Source: Candidatus Woesearchaeota archaeon
GTDB taxonomy: Archaea > Nanobdellota > Nanobdellia > Woesearchaeales > JACQSR01
Direction: 5' to 3'
NCBI GenBank assembly: GCA_016211215.1
Contig: JACQSR010000028.1
Coordinates: 11,423-75,422, forward strand
DNA: 64,000 bases
The first letter of the stretch is position 1; the number at the start of each line of letters is the position of its first letter. Positions 43,556 to 53,047 of the stretch are shown piece after piece. Below the pieces are notes generated by a model. It was given only the letters and a program-made list of their open reading frames with translations, did not search any database and was not told where the DNA came from. The position numbers and the translations under genes are program-made.

Positions 43556-44131
43556 CTACGGCCTCAGCCACCTAATCTCATAGTATGTAACATCCCCCTC
43601 GCCATCAACTATGCCTATCAAAAGGCGCTTCTTTGTCGAGTGCGCAACACGGTTTTTTGCCGCAAACTCGTACCACGTCAGCGTGGAGCCTTCATGCACC
43701 GGATATACAATCCACCTTGCATGGTCCTCTCCCGGTTTCACGCCCCTGTCGTAAACCCTGAAATCCGCCCCGAACTTAAGCGCAGTCTTGATTATGTATC
43801 CCCGATTTCTTATGTCCTTGAAAACGCAGTACCTAATCCAGAAGTTCGGTTCAAGCTTCGTTGACCTCTTGATGAAATCCTGCACCCCAAGCTTCTTCTT
43901 TTTGCCCTCGATTACCTCAATCTTGCCTTTTTCCAGAAGGTAAAGAGCCTCAAGAAGAGACAGCTGCACCCTTCCGTCGTCCAGAAGAGAGCCGTACCTG
44001 CTCGTGTTGAATAGTTCCCTTGCAGAGTCAGAATTTTCCGTCAGTATACGTTCCCGCGAAAATGTTGCACAGACAACAATTCTCTTTTCGGTATTTTCTG
44101 GCTCTGGCTCGCTTTTCGTTTTACGCGCCAT
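43556..44131 (-). CDS. endA: tRNA-splicing endonuclease (short, alpha-subunit-length form)
   Basis: ...LSLLEALYLLEKGKIEV... and the catalytic C-terminal domain IRNRGYIIKTALKFGADFRVY...AHSTKKRLLIG are present, in a 191-aa protein. Confidence 0.88.
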   Translation of the reverse strand: MARKTKSEPEPENTEKRIVVCATFSRERILTENSDSARELFNTSRYGSLLDDGRVQLSLLEALYLLEKGKIEVIEGKKKKLGVQDFIKRSTKLEPNFWIRYCVFKDIRNRGYIIKTALKFGADFRVYDRGVKPGEDHARWIVYPVHEGSTLTWYEFAAKNRVAHSTKKRLLIGIVDGEGDVTYYEIRWLRP

Positions 44132-44240
44132 TGAACCCGGATTATCCCGGTTCCCTTAAAAAGGTTTAGATTGGGCAGCATAAGGTAATTAAAGCCGAAT
44201 CTCTTCCCTGCAGATATGCACTCAACAAATTACGCTGGGC

Positions 44241-44627
44241 TTGTCCACCCGCTTCCGAAAAAACCCATCAGCACAAAACCGGATTCCTGCAATTCCCAAA
44301 GAATGCCTTGGGCTTTATGTTAGGCCCTTTGATACCCCACTTTACCTTGTGCTTTCAAGAGATTTTCTTTCAAAATCAAAACAGCTGATTGGAGTTCCTT
44401 TAACTGCCGATCCTCGTGACCTGAAGACAACGATAGACCAGCTAATTAAGGATAACGACCTGGAGGATGCCACTCAAAAAAGTGAATATAGTGTGTCTGG
44501 CAAAAAGATAACCAGATATGTTTTGGAGATGGATTACCTGCAGCAGCTTCTTGAAGCATTGAGGCCTTTCTCCAACGATTTGCTTGGCAAAAAATCCAAG
44601 GTAATCCCAATCAGGAAGGGACATTAG
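44241..44627 (+). CDS. hypothetical protein
   Basis: Only an open frame supports this call. The start is TTG, no nearby ATG exists, and no family was recognised. Confidence 0.3.
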   Translation: MSTRFRKNPSAQNRIPAIPKECLGLYVRPFDTPLYLVLSRDFLSKSKQLIGVPLTADPRDLKTTIDQLIKDNDLEDATQKSEYSVSGKKITRYVLEMDYLQQLLEALRPFSNDLLGKKSKVIPIRKGH

Positions 44628-44696
44628 CTGTATAAGAGGTATATTCATTACCATCTCCCACGCCCTAAGAAGCAGTGGTTTAAACCCTTACAACAC

Positions 44697-44954
44697 TCAG
44701 AAAAAGCCCCTTATTTTGTGAGTATCTGGTGTTGGATGCTCCGATTGAACCTCTTTTTTCCTTGGCAGGGGGTCTAATCCGGCAATATCATCCAGCATTC
44801 TTCTTTTAAAGTGTTCAGTTTGAAAACCGTCATGCCCCCGATAAACTCCCATAACCCTATCCCCTACATGTCCTGGCGGACAAAACAAATATGAAATCGG
44901 GACCGTCCCCATCTGGCATTCTTCCCTTCTTTCCGTTAAAGCGTAAAGTGTCAT
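44697..44954 (-). CDS. hypothetical protein
   Basis: This is an 85-codon ORF. ATG 44954 lies about 25 nt from the AT-rich TATA-like box at 44975-44988. Confidence 0.35.
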   Translation of the reverse strand: MTLYALTERREECQMGTVPISYLFCPPGHVGDRVMGVYRGHDGFQTEHFKRRMLDDIAGLDPLPRKKEVQSEHPTPDTHKIRGFF

Positions 44955-45069
44955 ATATTGCCGGAAATCTAATCCTATTTTTATATTTATGGGCTTTTTC
45001 CAAGCCCTTGCACTAAAGGATTATAAATCCACCTGCACACCCATTGAAATTCGAACTGAAGTGATACGC

Positions 45070-45657
45070 ATGAGGGGTACTGAAGAGCCAAGGGGAAAAA
45101 CCACCAAACGAGAATCAGCAGATCCAAGTATATTTAATGGCACTCCTGCAAAGAAAGGGATTAGATTTGAATTAAGGGCAGTTCCGTCTCAGCAGCTTCT
45201 GATAGGCACAGTTCGTCTTGCAGGGAAGGGAGAATATGCCACCATTTCAAACATATGCGAGGGTTTTTCAGTACAGATTGGTGTTGCCCGGAGCAAAGAG
45301 CCGTTTTTCTATGGTTCAATTGGGGAGTTTAGGTCCCAGTTTTTCTACAGCCCTTCACTGGATGATTTTCTGGACAGACCCGAGCCGCAAAACTCCAGGC
45401 AGCAGGGTGGAATTTATCTTGTTCCGCTTTCAGAGATTGAAATTCCCAAAAGGGTTAAGGATTTGTATGATGATGTGCATGGAACTTTAATTGAAATTCT
45501 TCCGAAGGCTGCCGAAGAAATGAAAAGGATAGACATCCGGATGGAAAAACCCAATGTAGCGGCCTCAACACGGCAGAGTTTCAGGAGATACCCCCTGGCC
45601 CTGGAGAGTCTTGCCCTTGATAATGGATTTTATTACCGCCGCATAATTAGGAGGTAG
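45070..45657 (+). CDS. hypothetical protein
   Basis: The ORF is 44989..45657. ATG 44989 abuts the TATA-like box, so I prefer the downstream ATG 45070, but the start is uncertain. Confidence 0.4.
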   Translation: MRGTEEPRGKTTKRESADPSIFNGTPAKKGIRFELRAVPSQQLLIGTVRLAGKGEYATISNICEGFSVQIGVARSKEPFFYGSIGEFRSQFFYSPSLDDFLDRPEPQNSRQQGGIYLVPLSEIEIPKRVKDLYDDVHGTLIEILPKAAEEMKRIDIRMEKPNVAASTRQSFRRYPLALESLALDNGFYYRRIIRR

Positions 45658-45705
45658 GGGTGTGATTAAGGTAGTTATTTATATGCACAGATAAAATAGG
45701 AAAGA

Positions 45706-46227
45706 ATGCGCCAGAAAAAAAGCATTTTCACGGTTCCAAACCTCCTCTCCCTGAGCAGAATACCCTTTGCTATTCTCCTGGCTTACGGCATATTCACGCA
45801 TAATTTTGCAGTCATGGCAGTTTCAGCCATCCTTGCTGCACTATCCGATACATTAGACGGCAATATCGCAAGGCACTGGCATATTAAGACCAAGTTCGGC
45901 GCAGAGCTTGACATTGTCTGCGACAAGGTGTATTTGCTCAGCGCGGTTATTGCCCTAATCATTGCGGACTACGCGCCGTTATGGCAGCTTTTACTGCTCG
46001 GCGTGAAGGATGTTATTCTTGTTTTGGGCAGCCTGTACCTTTTCGCAATTGGAAGATTCCAATGGAAGAGGATAACTTCAAAATTCTGGGGAAAGGCAAC
46101 AACTGCCCTTCAGTTTGTCTCCGTTATTGCATTGATAGTCTATCCCTTATTGTGGCCCTATCTTCTGGCGCTTACAGTAATCTCTTCAGCATTTGCCCTT
46201 TACCATTACCGCAAAAGGCTGCTTTAG
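45706..46227 (+). CDS. CDP-alcohol phosphatidyltransferase family protein
   Basis: DTLDGNIARHWHIKTKFGAELDIVCD matches D-x2-DG-x2-AR-x8-G-x3-D-x3-D exactly, and the protein is multi-TM. Confidence 0.85.
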   Translation: MRQKKSIFTVPNLLSLSRIPFAILLAYGIFTHNFAVMAVSAILAALSDTLDGNIARHWHIKTKFGAELDIVCDKVYLLSAVIALIIADYAPLWQLLLLGVKDVILVLGSLYLFAIGRFQWKRITSKFWGKATTALQFVSVIALIVYPLLWPYLLALTVISSAFALYHYRKRLL

Positions 46228-46274
46228 CGAAAATTATATAAACCAACACTTCATTTTCGCGGAAGGGTGGTACA

Positions 46275-46976
46275 ATGGAACTCAACAAGTTAATCACAAA
46301 AAAGGGATTGCTTTTCCTGCTTATATTTAGTATTCTCGTCTTCGTGGGCGACAGGATTAATTTCTCAAGATTAATCGGGGCTGAAAACCAGTTCTTCACA
46401 TTGTTTCAGTTCTTCGGACCAATCGCAGGCTCATTTTTAGGCCCTGTTGTAGGTGTCCTTTCTGTCTTAATTGCAGAAGTCTCAAGCTACCTTGTGTTGG
46501 GAAAGGCATTTACCTTAATCGGCGTGTTGAGATTATTGCCAATGCTCTTCGCCGCATGGTACTTTGGGACAAAAAGGGATAAGATAAGCATTATTGTTCC
46601 AATCATTGCAATTGCCGCATTCATCGCCCATCCAGTTGGCAGGCAGGTGTGGTATTTCTCCCTTTTTTGGACAATCCCGATAATTGTCAAGTTCCTTCCG
46701 GCAAAGTATTCTGAAAATGCGTGGCTGAAAAGCTTGGGCGCAACCCTTACCGCGCATTCTGTTGGAGGCGCAATGTGGAATTACATCGTTCCGATGACTC
46801 CTGCTGCATGGATTGCATTAATCCCAATCGTCATATTCGAAAGGGTTTTGTTTGCATCGGGCATTGCCGGCTCTTACATTGCAATGAACACCCTGCTTGA
46901 CAGGCTAAGTGAAAAAACAAAGTTAGAATACCTTAGCATAGACAAGAGATATGTGCTGTTCAGGCATCATGGATGA
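46275..46976 (+). CDS. polytopic membrane protein (ECF S-component-like, unknown substrate)
   Basis: The 233-aa protein has about 6 hydrophobic helices. The family assignment is tentative. Confidence 0.55.
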   Translation: MELNKLITKKGLLFLLIFSILVFVGDRINFSRLIGAENQFFTLFQFFGPIAGSFLGPVVGVLSVLIAEVSSYLVLGKAFTLIGVLRLLPMLFAAWYFGTKRDKISIIVPIIAIAAFIAHPVGRQVWYFSLFWTIPIIVKFLPAKYSENAWLKSLGATLTAHSVGGAMWNYIVPMTPAAWIALIPIVIFERVLFASGIAGSYIAMNTLLDRLSEKTKLEYLSIDKRYVLFRHHG

Positions 46977-47030
46977 TTATTGTATTCCATTACATAAATT
47001 CTTTTAAGTTATATTGTTTTCCACCCAGCC

Positions 47031-47546
47031 ATGCCTGCACAATATCACATTCCAAGTAGATTGGAAGGAAGCTTCCCTGATGGGATTGAACTCGTTATCG
47101 AAACTACGGTGCAAGACGGCAAGTTGGTTGGCATCGAAAGCAGATGGGGCAAGCGGCTTGCAGTCCTTAAGACATATCATTTCGAAGGGGATATGCCCGG
47201 TTTCATGGCAGGCCACATTCAGATAGCAGAAAGACCCCGGAGCAAAGAGAGGTGGTTTAATAACATTTATTTTGAGGCGGAATTTGACTACAGGGAAGGA
47301 GAGTTGGTCAAGGTGGGCGGCAAAGACCCAATCACAAGATATCACATGAGCACCATAAAAAAGACGGACACTGGCCTTCCTTCAAGAATTTCAGGAGAAA
47401 TAAGTTATTGCCCCACAGACGTAGATATCAGTTACGATAAAGACGGAAAGGTGAAAGATGTCGTTGTGGTAATGAGGGGAAGCACACTGAAGCTAAAACC
47501 CTCTGGACCCGAACCAAGGCATCACACTATTTCCATTTTACACTGA
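47031..47546 (+). CDS. hypothetical protein
   Basis: This is a 171-codon ORF with no competing frame and no recognised family. Confidence 0.45.
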   Translation: MPAQYHIPSRLEGSFPDGIELVIETTVQDGKLVGIESRWGKRLAVLKTYHFEGDMPGFMAGHIQIAERPRSKERWFNNIYFEAEFDYREGELVKVGGKDPITRYHMSTIKKTDTGLPSRISGEISYCPTDVDISYDKDGKVKDVVVVMRGSTLKLKPSGPEPRHHTISILH

Positions 47547-47627
47547 AAAAAGTCTTCTTTCCAAGGCGAAATTAACAGAAACCCAAAAGTTTAAATATAT
47601 GACCTAATAAGTCATATAGGAGAGACG

Positions 47628-47960
47628 TTGATGAAGATATTAATTGACGGCCTCAATGAGATTTACGCTGAAAACGTAAGGCTTGTAAAAACCCTGATGA
47701 AAAGGGAATCGCCGGATGAACACCCTGAACTAACGAAATGGGCACTCCAAATGCTCTACTTCAATGGAAGCGAGTGGATAGAGATTTGCAGAATTGACAA
47801 TTATCCTCATGATAAGCAAAAGGGAAGCCACATTCATGCTTACAAAAAAGACGAAGTAAAAAGGATTGATATTACCTTCCAAGAAGCGGAAAAGGCCATA
47901 AAAGAGATTAGTTCAAGAATATTAAAAGAAAAGTTTAAGGAAAGCATAAAATTCGAATAA
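47628..47960 (+). CDS. DUF6516/TumE-like putative toxin
   Basis: CRIDNYPHDKQKGSHIHAY resembles the RYDNAPHH...PHHKH core of DUF6516. A tight 5-nt spacer separates it from the HTH partner. Confidence 0.5.
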   Translation: MMKILIDGLNEIYAENVRLVKTLMKRESPDEHPELTKWALQMLYFNGSEWIEICRIDNYPHDKQKGSHIHAYKKDEVKRIDITFQEAEKAIKEISSRILKEKFKESIKFE

Positions 47961-47965
47961 AGGCG

Positions 47966-48331
47966 ATGAAAACGAACTGCGAGATTAAGATTGTTGAATC
48001 TGTAAGCAAATACAACAAGGAAATTAATGAAAAGATAAGGAAAGGTATCCTTGATAAGCCCGAGAGGGGGATAGTCATGACTCCCGAGACTTTTAGCAAG
48101 GTATTCAGCCCGGAGAGAATAAAGCTCTTGCAGAGAATTTACAGGAACAACGTAAAGAACATTTACCAGCTGGCAAAAGAGCTTGATAAGCCATACGAAG
48201 TAGTGTTCAGGAACATAAAATACATGGAGGGAATTGGGTTGGTTAAGATAGCAGAAAAGGACAACAAAAAAATCCCCCACATCTCCTGCAGGCTGTCGAT
48301 AGACCTGTTTTCAGGCCGTGCAGAGGCTTAG
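47966..48331 (+). CDS. HTH DNA-binding protein (TumA / HVO_A0114-like putative antitoxin)
   Basis: FSPERIKLLQRIYRNNVKNIYQLAKELDKPYEVVFRNIKYMEGIGLVKI is the typical wHTH of this partner family. Confidence 0.5.
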   Translation: MKTNCEIKIVESVSKYNKEINEKIRKGILDKPERGIVMTPETFSKVFSPERIKLLQRIYRNNVKNIYQLAKELDKPYEVVFRNIKYMEGIGLVKIAEKDNKKIPHISCRLSIDLFSGRAEA

Positions 48332-48404
48332 GTAATTATTTCTATATCTACTAAGTAGTGGTCATTATCCAAACATTTAAAAGGTATAAAATCTCCCCTA
48401 AGAT

Positions 48405-50009
48405 ATGGTTGCGAATGGTGACAGCACTTCCGGAATGGAAATCGTTAAGCGGATAGAGACCGGGACATTTCTAAATTTTTATGGAGCATTAAGGAGTGGG
48501 GAAGCAAATGACCAATTCCTGGTTAGGGTTGTTAAAAAGGGGCTAATAGACCACCCTTTGGCCCTTGCTGCGGCCGCGGCGACACATGAACAGAGATGGG
48601 AGTACAAAGAGGCGCTTGATCTCCGAGAAAAAATCGCAAATGCCTTTTGCAAAAGTGGCAAAGAAGAAGATCTGGAAATCGCGGCATATAATTTGCAGCA
48701 GGCAGCTCGGAATTGCGAGGGCCTCGGGCAGCCAAAGAGCGCATCTAATTTTCACTCGCGTGTTCTTGCACTGCCGCTTGAGAACAGGCTTTATTTAGAC
48801 ACAAGCAATAGTGAGCTTACTAGGATTGGCCACAAAGAGTCCGAGACAGACATCCTGTCGAGAGACCCTTCGCGCTGGGAAGAAAAATACCGGCAGCAAA
48901 AGTTGGAAATGGAAAAAAATCTGTACATCCAAACCAACAAAAAGTCATTTGAAGACAGATATTTTACAAATATTGAGCATATACTTGAATTTGCAACCGG
49001 AATAGATATCATACAACGGCAGGGAGAGATGGCTTTCAGCAGGTTTTTGATAATGGAGCAGCAATGCGAGGAGGCTATCCAAATTCTCCTTGGAAAGAAA
49101 GAGCCTGAATTTAAGTTTTCTTCGGAACCCTTCGAAAGCGGGCATATCAAAGCTGCAAAACGCTTCGTAGAAAAAGGCAACCTGTCGCTTGGCGATGGAG
49201 ATTTTTCCAAAGCGGTAGAATGGTATAAAATGGCATTGGCAAGGTACCAAAACGCTGTCGTAAGCCTCGAAGAGCATAGCCTTCTTCATGCTGCAGAAGA
49301 AAAAGCGAGGGAAGCTGGAAGTGCATATCAAAGATTTTTGATAGGATACCCCATTGACGACGCAATTAAGCTTTATACAGAATCATTTGCTCACTTTGAC
49401 AATGCAATTAGCGAACTTCTTGGCAACGGCAAGCTTACATTCGACCCTGATTGGAGGGACCATACCATTTCAAAACTTTTTCTCAGCAAGGCAGTTGCAA
49501 AAAAACAGGCGTATGAGATTAGGAAAAGGCAGATAGAAGCCTTGACGTCAGCCAAAGAGGCAGTCCCTGAATTGCTGTATAAAGAACTAAAAGAGAAGGA
49601 AAACTGGAGCGAGGACAACAGGGAAGCAGGCAGCTGGTACGACAAAATAATAAGGCGTCACGAGCAAAGGGCTGAGCTCCATATAAAGAAGTCAAAAAGC
49701 CTGTACGGGGAAGGCAAGCTGTTTGAGGCTGCCGAAGCCAGGAAAAGGGCAAATGAGTTTTACGGTAAAGCTGGCGACCTGTATCTGGAGAGGGGGAATC
49801 CTGTAAAGGCTATACTGAGTTTTGAGAAAGCAGGAAACCATGAAAAAGCCGCGATGATGGGCGTAAAACACAACTTGCTGGGAACAGCCGAGCTAAACTT
49901 CCTGATGTCTGGGGATTTTTATAACGCCGGTAAAGTTTGCAAGCATGACCAGGCAAATTTATACCAGAGAATCGCAGAAATCCTCGGCCAGGTTCCTAAG
50001 CAGTCCTGA
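48405..50009 (+). CDS. all-alpha TPR-like repeat protein (unknown function)
   Basis: The 534-aa protein has helix-rich composition with repeated A/K/E/L-rich segments. No catalytic motif was recognised. Confidence 0.5.
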   Translation: MVANGDSTSGMEIVKRIETGTFLNFYGALRSGEANDQFLVRVVKKGLIDHPLALAAAAATHEQRWEYKEALDLREKIANAFCKSGKEEDLEIAAYNLQQAARNCEGLGQPKSASNFHSRVLALPLENRLYLDTSNSELTRIGHKESETDILSRDPSRWEEKYRQQKLEMEKNLYIQTNKKSFEDRYFTNIEHILEFATGIDIIQRQGEMAFSRFLIMEQQCEEAIQILLGKKEPEFKFSSEPFESGHIKAAKRFVEKGNLSLGDGDFSKAVEWYKMALARYQNAVVSLEEHSLLHAAEEKAREAGSAYQRFLIGYPIDDAIKLYTESFAHFDNAISELLGNGKLTFDPDWRDHTISKLFLSKAVAKKQAYEIRKRQIEALTSAKEAVPELLYKELKEKENWSEDNREAGSWYDKIIRRHEQRAELHIKKSKSLYGEGKLFEAAEARKRANEFYGKAGDLYLERGNPVKAILSFEKAGNHEKAAMMGVKHNLLGTAELNFLMSGDFYNAGKVCKHDQANLYQRIAEILGQVPKQS

Positions 50010-50358
50010 AAAACAGCCAGTTCTTTCCCTTGAAATGTATTAGAGTGAACCTCCCACTGAGCTTCTTTCCAAAAATCATTCCAACAATTTTCTTCTCCTC
50101 CACAATCTCAGGCTCCCAGTAGCCTTTGTCCCAAATCTCCACAGTCCCTGCGCCATAGCTTCCTTCAGGAATTGTTCCTTCAAAACCCATATATCCAACA
50201 GCATGGTCTTCAACCTGAACAGCAAGTCTTTTTACCCCCTCTTCCATCGTCGGCTCTTTAGGCACAGCCCATGATTTTGCAACGCCCCCATGCTCCAGTC
50301 TCAAATCGTAATGAAGGTGCGTTGCCTTGTGCTTTTGGATTACATATTTTAGTTTCAT
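49996..50358 (-). CDS. stand-alone LigD-type 3'-phosphoesterase domain protein
   Basis: YVIQKHKATHLHYDLRLEHGGVAKSWAVPKEP...VEDHAVGYMGFEGTIPEGSYGAGTVEIWDKG matches the LigD PE domain pattern. The start is trimmed to ATG 50358. Confidence 0.75.
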   Translation of the reverse strand: MKLKYVIQKHKATHLHYDLRLEHGGVAKSWAVPKEPTMEEGVKRLAVQVEDHAVGYMGFEGTIPEGSYGAGTVEIWDKGYWEPEIVEEKKIVGMIFGKKLSGRFTLIHFKGKNWLFFRTA

Positions 50359-50474
50359 TCCCAATAATACCCCCAACAGGTATTAATTATTTCTCCTATA
50401 AGCCTGTTAAAGAGTTTAAATCTCCTAGTAGTAACATGCTAAATGTTTATATAATCTCCCAGCTCCCCCTCCCC

Positions 50475-51038
50475 ATGAAAAGGCATCTCCTCAACCGCGA
50501 AAGAATAATTGCCTCTTTTCTTGGCAGTTATAAGGGCAAGAGCAATAAAGACGCTGAGAGCTATATAGACTGCCTTGAGGATACTCTAAGCATGCTCTCC
50601 CCCAGGATAAGCCCTGATACAATACTTGAAAACATTAAAAGTGTCGATGGCTCCGGAAACTTCTGGCTTCATACCAAGAAAAAAGTAGCCGGTAATTTTG
50701 CCCTGCCAATCCCTACCGAATCCTTGTATAATTCTATTTCCAGACCGCCTTATGGAACCCTTAACGATGCCATACTTTCTTTCATTCAATGCGGCTATCC
50801 TTTGATTGGAGCCTACAGGTACGAAGATAAAAAAAGTAGAAATGCAGGAAGGCCATTTCTGGTAGGCTTCAGGCCTGACAATTTCCTCATAAAGCTCGAT
50901 AGCATCGAATCTGCGCTGGTAGGCCCAAATGCAATCATCGCCTTGTACAGGATTGATTTGGGAATTGAAATGCCAAAGCTGGATGAGGAAGCAAAAAGAG
51001 TAAAAGACAGCTTAAAGGAGTTTAAGCACCCCACATGA
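50475..51038 (+). CDS. hypothetical protein
   Basis: ORF 50271..51038 is trimmed to ATG 50475, about 25 nt downstream of TTTATATAA. The longer form would overlap the PE gene. Confidence 0.45.
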   Translation: MKRHLLNRERIIASFLGSYKGKSNKDAESYIDCLEDTLSMLSPRISPDTILENIKSVDGSGNFWLHTKKKVAGNFALPIPTESLYNSISRPPYGTLNDAILSFIQCGYPLIGAYRYEDKKSRNAGRPFLVGFRPDNFLIKLDSIESALVGPNAIIALYRIDLGIEMPKLDEEAKRVKDSLKEFKHPT

Positions 51039-51095
51039 GTACACTATCATCTGTAATTCCAATATATTATCCCGAAACTGGTTTACAGTTAACAA

Positions 51096-51674
51096 TCAAC
51101 TTCTATAAAGTTGTTGTACCTTAGAATCAAGGTACAGTGCGTTCTCTCTTGCCCTGTCAAGGAACACTAAGTTGGCTTGAGAAAGACCAAAACCGGCCAT
51201 TGAACCAAGACCAGCCCCGCCAAGCACACCGGTTAACGACATATATTTCACCTGCTTAAATAATTCTCTTCTGCTCACCCTTTTGCCACCATATTCAATA
51301 AAAAGATTGATGAAACCTAGAGAACTCAAAAAAGAACCAAAACCCGTAGCCCCAATCGCTGCGGTCGGAATCGGGGTGCATAACGAATTAATGGTGCTCT
51401 TTCGTGGCACATAGCCAAGCACATCCGACAGTTCATCAGCATCCCCATATGAATCATCTGGAATAGGCAAATAGTTCTTTACACCCTGAAACCTTTTGGC
51501 GGCCTCTTCGACCTGCTCAGAAAAGGAAGTTTCACCCTTAACAACTCTGTCCACTGTTTTATTTCTTTCTCTCCACTCATCAAAAAGCTCACGGATTTCC
51601 ACAATCTTATCAACCCGAATATAATCAGGCACATCTTCGATGACCTTAAGTTGGCCTATGAGTGTTGACTCCAT
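51096..51674 (-). CDS. hypothetical protein with Gly-rich hydrophobic C-terminal segments
   Basis: This is a 192-codon ORF. Its C-terminal half has two glycine-zipper-like hydrophobic stretches. Confidence 0.45.
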   Translation of the reverse strand: MESTLIGQLKVIEDVPDYIRVDKIVEIRELFDEWRERNKTVDRVVKGETSFSEQVEEAAKRFQGVKNYLPIPDDSYGDADELSDVLGYVPRKSTINSLCTPIPTAAIGATGFGSFLSSLGFINLFIEYGGKRVSRRELFKQVKYMSLTGVLGGAGLGSMAGFGLSQANLVFLDRARENALYLDSKVQQLYRS

Positions 51675-51765
51675 AGGAACATGAAAATCAAGCCCAGTAT
51701 TTATACATTTGTATACCCTTTTACAATCAACAAACCTTTAAATAAACCATGTCCTCCTTCCAGCC

Positions 51766-52656
51766 ATGGAAATCATATTTTTGGGAACATCATCAATGGT
51801 GCCAACCAAAGAGAGAAACCACAGCTCGCTCCTGATAATCCACGAAGGAGATGGAACACTGGTAGACTGCGGAGAAGGCACTCAAAGGCAGCTCAAGATT
51901 GCCGGAATCAAGCCTTCGGTAATTTCAAGGATACTAATCTCCCACTGGCACGGCGACCACGTATTTGGGCTTCCGGGACTAATATCCACACTCAGCGCAA
52001 CCGACTACAACAGGCCATTGGAAATTTACGGGCCTAAAGACACTCCAAAAAGGCTAGAGCTGATGGAGAAGGCATTTGTGTTTGACCGCAAGATAGAATT
52101 AAGAATAAAGGAAGTTGAAAAGGGGATTATTGTCGATGCCGAAAGATTTTACATCGAAACCCTGCCATTGGAACACAACATTTCCTGCCTCGGCTACAAC
52201 TTCATAGAAAAAGACAGGAGAAGGATAAACCTGAAGGAAGCAAAAAAGATTGGAATACCCGAAGGGCCGCTGCTTGGGAGGCTTCAGGACGGAAAGGAAA
52301 TAGAATTTAGGGGCAAAAGGGTAAAGCCGGACGACATTACAACCATCGTCAGGGGAAAGAAAATTACAGTCATCGCAGACACAATCCCAACCGCAAATGC
52401 CACCATACTTGCGCAGGACGCAGACGTCTTAATCTGCGAATCAACTTACGCTTCAGACATGGAGGACAAGGCGGAGCTGCACAGCCACATGACCGCAAAG
52501 CAGGCCGCCCAGATTGCAAACGTCGCAAACGTAAAGAAATTGTTTCTCACCCATTTCAGCGCCCGCTACACCTCCCCCAATATTCTTGAAGAGGACGCAA
52601 AAGACATCTTCAGCAACACCGAAGCTGCGCATGATTTCAAGAGGATAAGATTGTAG
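51766..52656 (+). CDS. rnz: ribonuclease Z (tRNA 3' endonuclease)
   Basis: MEIIFLGTSS.VPT..RN and the HxHxDH motif ISHWHGDHVFG are present. Confidence 0.9.
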   Translation: MEIIFLGTSSMVPTKERNHSSLLIIHEGDGTLVDCGEGTQRQLKIAGIKPSVISRILISHWHGDHVFGLPGLISTLSATDYNRPLEIYGPKDTPKRLELMEKAFVFDRKIELRIKEVEKGIIVDAERFYIETLPLEHNISCLGYNFIEKDRRRINLKEAKKIGIPEGPLLGRLQDGKEIEFRGKRVKPDDITTIVRGKKITVIADTIPTANATILAQDADVLICESTYASDMEDKAELHSHMTAKQAAQIANVANVKKLFLTHFSARYTSPNILEEDAKDIFSNTEAAHDFKRIRL

Positions 52657-52657
52657 C

Positions 52658-53047
52658 ATGTCAAGAAAATCAAAAGGCATAAACGCGGAGCGCGACGTAA
52701 TCCACAAATTCTGGGGCACCGGAACATGGTCCGCGCTCAGAGTTGCAGGCTCAGGAAGCATGAAATACCCTTCTCCGGACATCCTCGCAAGCAACAAGCT
52801 GAGAAGGCTGGCAATAGAGTGCAAGACTTGCGGCGATGACAAAAAATACATTCCCGAGGAGGACATCAGGCAGCTGGAAGAATTTATTTCCTTTTTCGGC
52901 GGAGAGCCATGGATTGCAATCAAGTTCGACAGGATGGGCTGGTATTTTCTTTCATTGGAAGACATGGAAAGAAGCGATAGGTCATACATAATATCAAAAG
53001 AACTTGCAAAAAGCAAAGGCTTGTCTTTTGAGGAGTTGGTTTCCTAA
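52658..53047 (+). CDS. hjc: Holliday junction resolvase Hjc
   Basis: KGINAERDVIHKFW..G..ALRVAGSG....PDILA......LAIECK matches the Hjc PD-(D/E)xK pattern. Confidence 0.88.
   Translation: MSRKSKGINAERDVIHKFWGTGTWSALRVAGSGSMKYPSPDILASNKLRRLAIECKTCGDDKKYIPEEDIRQLEEFISFFGGEPWIAIKFDRMGWYFLSLEDMERSDRSYIISKELAKSKGLSFEELVS

Noticed and set aside
43532-43864. 110-aa plus-strand ORF.
   Set aside because: It is antisense to endA, which has clear family motifs.
50271-50474. Long N-terminal extension of ORF 50271..51038.
   Set aside because: It overlaps the well-supported LigD phosphoesterase gene on the opposite strand. A TATA box at about 50445 makes ATG 50475 the likely start.
52453-53016. 187-aa minus-strand ORF across the rnz/hjc junction.
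   Set aside because: Both plus-strand genes are strongly supported, so an antisense ORF spanning two genes is implausible.
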